Positions 59,709 through 64,000 of a DNA stretch of 64,000 nucleotides are shown here, piece by piece. Both the position numbers and the translations under genes were made by a program. The notes beneath the pieces were generated by a model. It made no database searches. It was not told where the DNA came from and was given only the letters and a program-made list of their open reading frames with translations. Origin of the DNA: Chlamydiales bacterium (GTDB taxonomy: Bacteria > Chlamydiota > Chlamydiia > Chlamydiales > SM23-39); assembly GCA_035480615.1 (NCBI GenBank), contig DATIHO010000048.1, positions 2,849 to 66,848 of the forward strand, given 5' to 3'. Every line of letters begins with the position of its first letter. The stretch's first letter is position 1.

Positions 59709-62573
59709 ATGTTCATGAGCAAGCTCTTTCTAAGTCACCGACTCGACCTCCTAGCGGGCCATCTGGCAAATGAAATACACAATGATGGCCTTGGAATTTT
59801 TGCCTCCCGCACAATCATGGTGCCAAATAGCACTCTCAAACAATGGCTTTTCATGCAAATGGCAAATGGGTCTGAGGAAAAAGCGATCGCTGGATGTAAA
59901 ATCATGACTTTACAACAAGCGCTGCAGGCTTCTTCCTCGAGCTACATCGATGTTTTTTGCGCTCTTTTTCAAGAGCTTGAAATGAGCCGTGTGGCGGAAA
60001 TTTGTAATTATTTGAAAGGATCGTCAAAAAGAACTGTGGAACTTGCCGATCAGTTGACCCGCTTAAGTTTACGTTATGGATTTTTGTGCCCTTCCCTATT
60101 TCTATCGGATCCAAATAACCTGAATAATAAAAATTGGCAAAAAACGGTGATTCAAGCCCTTTTTGCCTCAGGAAAGCTGCGGCTTTCTGTTCCCTTGAAT
60201 GGAAAACGGGGGTCCATCCATTGTTTTGGATTTGATTATTTGCCTCCGGTCATCTGGCAATCTTTTCATTTTCATGCCGTCTATCTTTTTTCTCCTTGCC
60301 GCCATTATTGGGAAGATGTTTGTACAGATCGGGAAAAAAAAAGGCTTGATCGTTTTTGGAAAAAAAAGGGGGTCTCTGTTCAGCAAAGAGATCAGCTTGA
60401 AATGTATTTACAAGACGCTCCTCCTCTCTTGGCGAACCTTGGAATGGCCGGTAGAGAAACGCTAAAAATCCTCGATGCGTTCGAGTGGGAAATTCAAGAA
60501 GATTATCAATCTTACGATACGATCAAAAATTCCACGTTATCGAGACTAAAAGAGCGGCTTCTTGATTTCGTCTCCGTTACAGATCGTACATTTCCTGAAG
60601 ACAATTCCATCCAGGTCTCAAAAACCGGCTCTTCCCCATTAAGGGAAATAGAACATGTACGCACGTCCATTTTACAGTTAGTTGAAAAAGAGGGTTTGCA
60701 ATTTTCAGACATTGCGGTTTTGGCTCCAGATATTCAACCCTATTCTTCTTTGATTCAGCTCGTGTTTTTCGACCTTCCCTTTAAGATCTTCGGAATGGAA
60801 ATTGGGACCAAAAGTGTTTTTTATCAAGGACTGCACTCTTTTTTTTCACTGGATTTGGAATGTGATGATTTGATGGATCTTTTTGAAAATCCGTCTTTTT
60901 ATCGGGCAAGGGATTGGGATTTGGAAACTGTGGACCAGATGCGGAAATGGGCTTCAAAAAGAGCGCTATCTGAAGAATGTGTATTGGATTCATGCATTTT
61001 CTTATACCCGCGGGAGCAGGAAAGGAGGATTAGCGAGGGGAATATGGATGCTTTGGAACAATTTCTTGCAATTCACCAATCCCTTAAAGCAGACCTTGCC
61101 TTATTAAAGCACTCTCGCAGTCTTTCAGATTGGGCCAAATGGATTGCGCACATTGTTGAAAAATATTTTTCAGTCGATCTTTCAAATGAAGCGGATGCTG
61201 CCGCCTGGAGGTTTTTCAAGCAAACATTACGAGAGTTGGCGCAAGTGGATTCAGATGGGTATTTATTTCCTTTCGCCCCTATCCAAACACTTTTAAAAAG
61301 ATCAATGCCGGATGGGGAAATGCATGCGTCGCATCTTCATGCCACCCGGTTTGCGAGTCTTTGCGAAGGAGCTATTACTCCGGCCCGCGCTTTATTTTTA
61401 ATTGGAATGGATGAAGAGAGCTTTCCACGCAAAGCCGCCCCCTTTTCCCTCGATTTATTGCAAAAAGAAAAAATTTACGCATTTAACCCTATTGATCAAG
61501 ACCGCTATCTTTTCCTGCAAGCCATTTTTGCAGCTAAAGATTTTCTTCATATGAGTTATCTTCATTTGTCTTGCGATGGCCATCTTGTAAACCCTTGCCC
61601 AATGATCGAAGAATTGAGCCGCTCATTAGATGCCCCAATGAAGGAATGGGTTGTTTTACACTCCGCGCAGCGCATAGCGCCTTCGCTTCCGAGTTCCTCC
61701 ACATCTTCTTTTTTCTGGCCTGAAAACCCTTCTGTTTCATTGCCGGAAGGGGAATTGACCATTCCTTTATCCGACCTCTTCGCGTTGGCTCGCCACCCTT
61801 GGGAATTTTATCTGCAAAGGAAGTTGGGGATTCGTTTTGAAAAATCGGATGAAATTTCCTTTTCCCAGCAAAAAGCAAAACTTTTAAAAGCAGTTCTTCA
61901 ACAACCATTAGGCGATCTTTTACCACAGTTGCCCGAAGGAATTTGCGGCGAAGCCATTCAGGTCGATTTGGAAGAAACCTCGAAGAAATGGAGTCATCTA
62001 ATGCGATTTTGGAAACTTTCTATTGAACCTGCCTCCTTTAAAAAAAGCTGTAGAGAAAGAAAGAACACGGGACTGCAATGGGAATTTCCTGCGATGGATT
62101 TCGTTTTGACTCCGAAGCTTCGCGTAAAACTGGTGGGCGAAATCAAAAATTTTTCCACGCAAGGGTTTATTCATACCGGTAATGATCATTTGGAGGGGCT
62201 TTTGAGAGTTTGGCCTGAATGTTTAGCGACATTGGTCGCTTCCGGCAGATCTGAAATCTATTGTTTGAAAACAGGTAAAATCAAACTTTTAGACAACCCA
62301 TTCGACGCCTTGAAAGCTTTCATTTATTATTATTTTCTTAGTTTATCAGCCCCTTCTCCGCTTCTTTGCCCTTGGGCAGATTCTATTTTACGAAAAGGAG
62401 CTGTAGAATGGGAGAAGAAGATCCAAGACAGGCTTTTGAAGAAATCGGCCCGCTTTGAAGACCCTGTTTCCGATTGGGTCATGGCGCGAATTTCACTTCC
62501 CGCCGCATCCCGTTGGATGGAACATTGGAAAAAGGAGTTGGATATTGCGTTTGCAAAGCTCATCACCCTCTAA
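59709..62573 (+). CDS. recC: Exodeoxyribonuclease V gamma subunit RecC
   Basis: The start is set at MFMSKLFLSHRLDLLAGHLANEI, which parallels the E. coli RecC N-terminus (YHSNRLDVL...). The ~950-aa length and the position immediately upstream of recB also fit. Confidence 0.75.
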   Translation: MFMSKLFLSHRLDLLAGHLANEIHNDGLGIFASRTIMVPNSTLKQWLFMQMANGSEEKAIAGCKIMTLQQALQASSSSYIDVFCALFQELEMSRVAEICNYLKGSSKRTVELADQLTRLSLRYGFLCPSLFLSDPNNLNNKNWQKTVIQALFASGKLRLSVPLNGKRGSIHCFGFDYLPPVIWQSFHFHAVYLFSPCRHYWEDVCTDREKKRLDRFWKKKGVSVQQRDQLEMYLQDAPPLLANLGMAGRETLKILDAFEWEIQEDYQSYDTIKNSTLSRLKERLLDFVSVTDRTFPEDNSIQVSKTGSSPLREIEHVRTSILQLVEKEGLQFSDIAVLAPDIQPYSSLIQLVFFDLPFKIFGMEIGTKSVFYQGLHSFFSLDLECDDLMDLFENPSFYRARDWDLETVDQMRKWASKRALSEECVLDSCIFLYPREQERRISEGNMDALEQFLAIHQSLKADLALLKHSRSLSDWAKWIAHIVEKYFSVDLSNEADAAAWRFFKQTLRELAQVDSDGYLFPFAPIQTLLKRSMPDGEMHASHLHATRFASLCEGAITPARALFLIGMDEESFPRKAAPFSLDLLQKEKIYAFNPIDQDRYLFLQAIFAAKDFLHMSYLHLSCDGHLVNPCPMIEELSRSLDAPMKEWVVLHSAQRIAPSLPSSSTSSFFWPENPSVSLPEGELTIPLSDLFALARHPWEFYLQRKLGIRFEKSDEISFSQQKAKLLKAVLQQPLGDLLPQLPEGICGEAIQVDLEETSKKWSHLMRFWKLSIEPASFKKSCRERKNTGLQWEFPAMDFVLTPKLRVKLVGEIKNFSTQGFIHTGNDHLEGLLRVWPECLATLVASGRSEIYCLKTGKIKLLDNPFDALKAFIYYYFLSLSAPSPLLCPWADSILRKGAVEWEKKIQDRLLKKSARFEDPVSDWVMARISLPAASRWMEHWKKELDIAFAKLITL

Positions 62574-64000
62574 CAGGGCCTTTCATTGTCTTAAGCTCGA
62601 CTGCCCTATTTTTGGACCCCATCTTTTGGAAGCTTCAGCGGGCACAGGCAAGACTTTTGCCATCGAACACGTTGTTGTGCGATTGCTTCTAGAGTCGGAA
62701 GAGATGGAAATTGAACAAATCCTGGCTGTCACATTTACACGGTCTGCTGCGCGGGATTTAAAAAAGAGGATCCGCTCGAATATTCAAGAAGCTCTTTCGC
62801 GTATTCAATCAGGATCAAAAGGATGGGAATATTTAGATCCCCATCTTTTTTCTGCAAAGTCCGCGAAAAAATTGGAAGGGGCTCTTTTGGTGTTTGACCG
62901 GTGTCAAATTTTTACAATCCATGGATTTTGTTATCGCTCGCTTCAAGAATTTGCTTTTGAGGCTGATTTAGGTTTTTTTTTCCCGGACCCTGATCGGGAA
63001 ATCAGGATGCCCAAACGGCTTTATGGACTTGCAAAAAAATTCTTACAAACAGGGGTGAGTCCAGATCTTCTCTGCCTTGAACAGATGGCTCGGCTGCTTC
63101 AAAAGTGCGATACCCAGGATCAGCTGATACGAAAGCTTTTACAAAAGAAAACAAATAAATCCGTTCCATTTTCTATGTTGTTTGAACAATTTCAGGCAAA
63201 TGAACACCTGGCCCTCATTGCTCACTCATGCGAGACATGCGGGCTAAAGGCCTTTGAGCGAATCCGATCAAATTACAAGGCAGAAGTAAAGGGCGACTTT
63301 GAAGCGCAAATCGAGGCGCTTGCCTCCATGGCTCGATCCCCTCTTGATGCATTTCGCAAGCTCCTCCGTGAAAAAGGGAGCCTTTTTGCGTTTCTTGACC
63401 CCAAAAATAGAAAAATAAAAGCCACGGAAAAATGCCCGGAATTTTTCGAAATGGCCTCTAAGACGATCTATCCTTTGATTCAAGAGGCCATGCATCCCGG
63501 AAATGTTTTTTCGCTGCTGCAAAACGCGTGGAAAGAAATTGAAGAGCCGATCCTTCTTGAAGAGCAATGTTTTGGCCCGGATGAAATTTTGCATCAAATG
63601 AGAGTCGCATTGAATAGAGAGGGTTTTGCTTGCTGCGTTCGACAAAAATATCGAGCTGTGATCATTGATGAGTTCCAAGATACCGATCCTATGCAATGGG
63701 AAATTTTGAAAACCCTTTTTTTGGATATCGAAAAGCCTTTGATGGCTTTTTACCTTGTAGGCGATCCGAAGCAATCGATTTATCGTTTTCGAAAAGCGGA
63801 TATTTACACGTATTTTGAAGCCAGGGCGTCTTTGGGGGCTTCAGCGCTTTATTGTCTTGATACAAACTACCGCTCCTCTTCTGATATGGTCTCTGTCTTA
63901 AATGCCCTTTTTGAGCGCGATTGGCTTTTTTTGCCAAAATTAAAAACAACAATCCCTTCATTTTCCGTGCAATCCGGAAGAGAGATACAATCTGATTTTT
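62545..64000 (+). CDS. recB: Exodeoxyribonuclease V beta subunit RecB (UvrD-like helicase-nuclease); the 3' end runs off the window
   Basis: The ORF track omits it because no stop codon lies inside the window. Manual translation gives ...LKLDCPIFGPHLLEASAGTGKTFAIEHVVVRLLLES...ILAVTFTRSAARDLKKRI...IIDEFQDTDPMQW...LVGDPKQSIYRFRKADIY. The proposed TTG start at ~62545 is preceded by AAGGAG; this start is uncertain. Confidence 0.85.
   Translation, partial: MRLQSSSPSNRAFHCLKLDCPIFGPHLLEASAGTGKTFAIEHVVVRLLLESEEMEIEQILAVTFTRSAARDLKKRIRSNIQEALSRIQSGSKGWEYLDPHLFSAKSAKKLEGALLVFDRCQIFTIHGFCYRSLQEFAFEADLGFFFPDPDREIRMPKRLYGLAKKFLQTGVSPDLLCLEQMARLLQKCDTQDQLIRKLLQKKTNKSVPFSMLFEQFQANEHLALIAHSCETCGLKAFERIRSNYKAEVKGDFEAQIEALASMARSPLDAFRKLLREKGSLFAFLDPKNRKIKATEKCPEFFEMASKTIYPLIQEAMHPGNVFSLLQNAWKEIEEPILLEEQCFGPDEILHQMRVALNREGFACCVRQKYRAVIIDEFQDTDPMQWEILKTLFLDIEKPLMAFYLVGDPKQSIYRFRKADIYTYFEARASLGASALYCLDTNYRSSSDMVSVLNALFERDWLFLPKLKTTIPSFSVQSGREIQSDF

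Overview
This 64-kb window is chromosomal DNA from a member of the phylum Chlamydiae. That placement is an inference from four features: TopA carrying a C-terminal SWIB domain, a short RpoN, MOMP-like outer-membrane proteins with a VGNPA N-terminus, and a small Cys-rich lipoprotein candidate. The intermediate GC content and the density of repeats suggest an environmental lineage (Waddlia- or Parachlamydia-like) rather than Chlamydiaceae. The species cannot be named without a database search.

The backbone is housekeeping: putA, uvrD/pcrA, rpoN, topA, rho, coaE, polA, glk, recA, lpdA-lipA, glgC, mutL, recC-recB, a PAS histidine kinase, porins and transporters. I saw no rRNA gene, intact tRNA, CRISPR array, integrase or transposase.

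Several small accessory islets interrupt the backbone:
- 15.0-20.8 kb holds a tRNA-Asn 3' remnant, three toxin-antitoxin (TA) loci (one frameshifted) and an inverse-autotransporter adhesin with a beta-helix passenger.
- 23.75-26.3 kb holds an antitoxin fragment, an orphan zeta-toxin-like kinase and a Cys/Pro-rich membrane protein.
- 49.7-50.6 kb holds a VapBC-like pair.
- 55.75-57.7 kb holds a DUF4160 remnant plus a two-gene cassette of a DUF4365 nuclease-fold protein and an unknown 368-aa protein.

The most unusual signal is non-coding. One part is a family of 140-172 bp imperfect palindromes at 4350, 24009, 25500, 55750 and 59465, plus partial copies; some share cores or termini. The other is a short hairpin/inverted-repeat module (TATACCCAAARTGAT) that recurs five times and supplies an identical YPK-stop ending to three unrelated genes. 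At one locus its two halves bracket the VapBC cassette.

Hand-derived coordinates (repeats, corrected starts) may be off by 1-2 nt. Family names come from motif recognition only; no searches were run.
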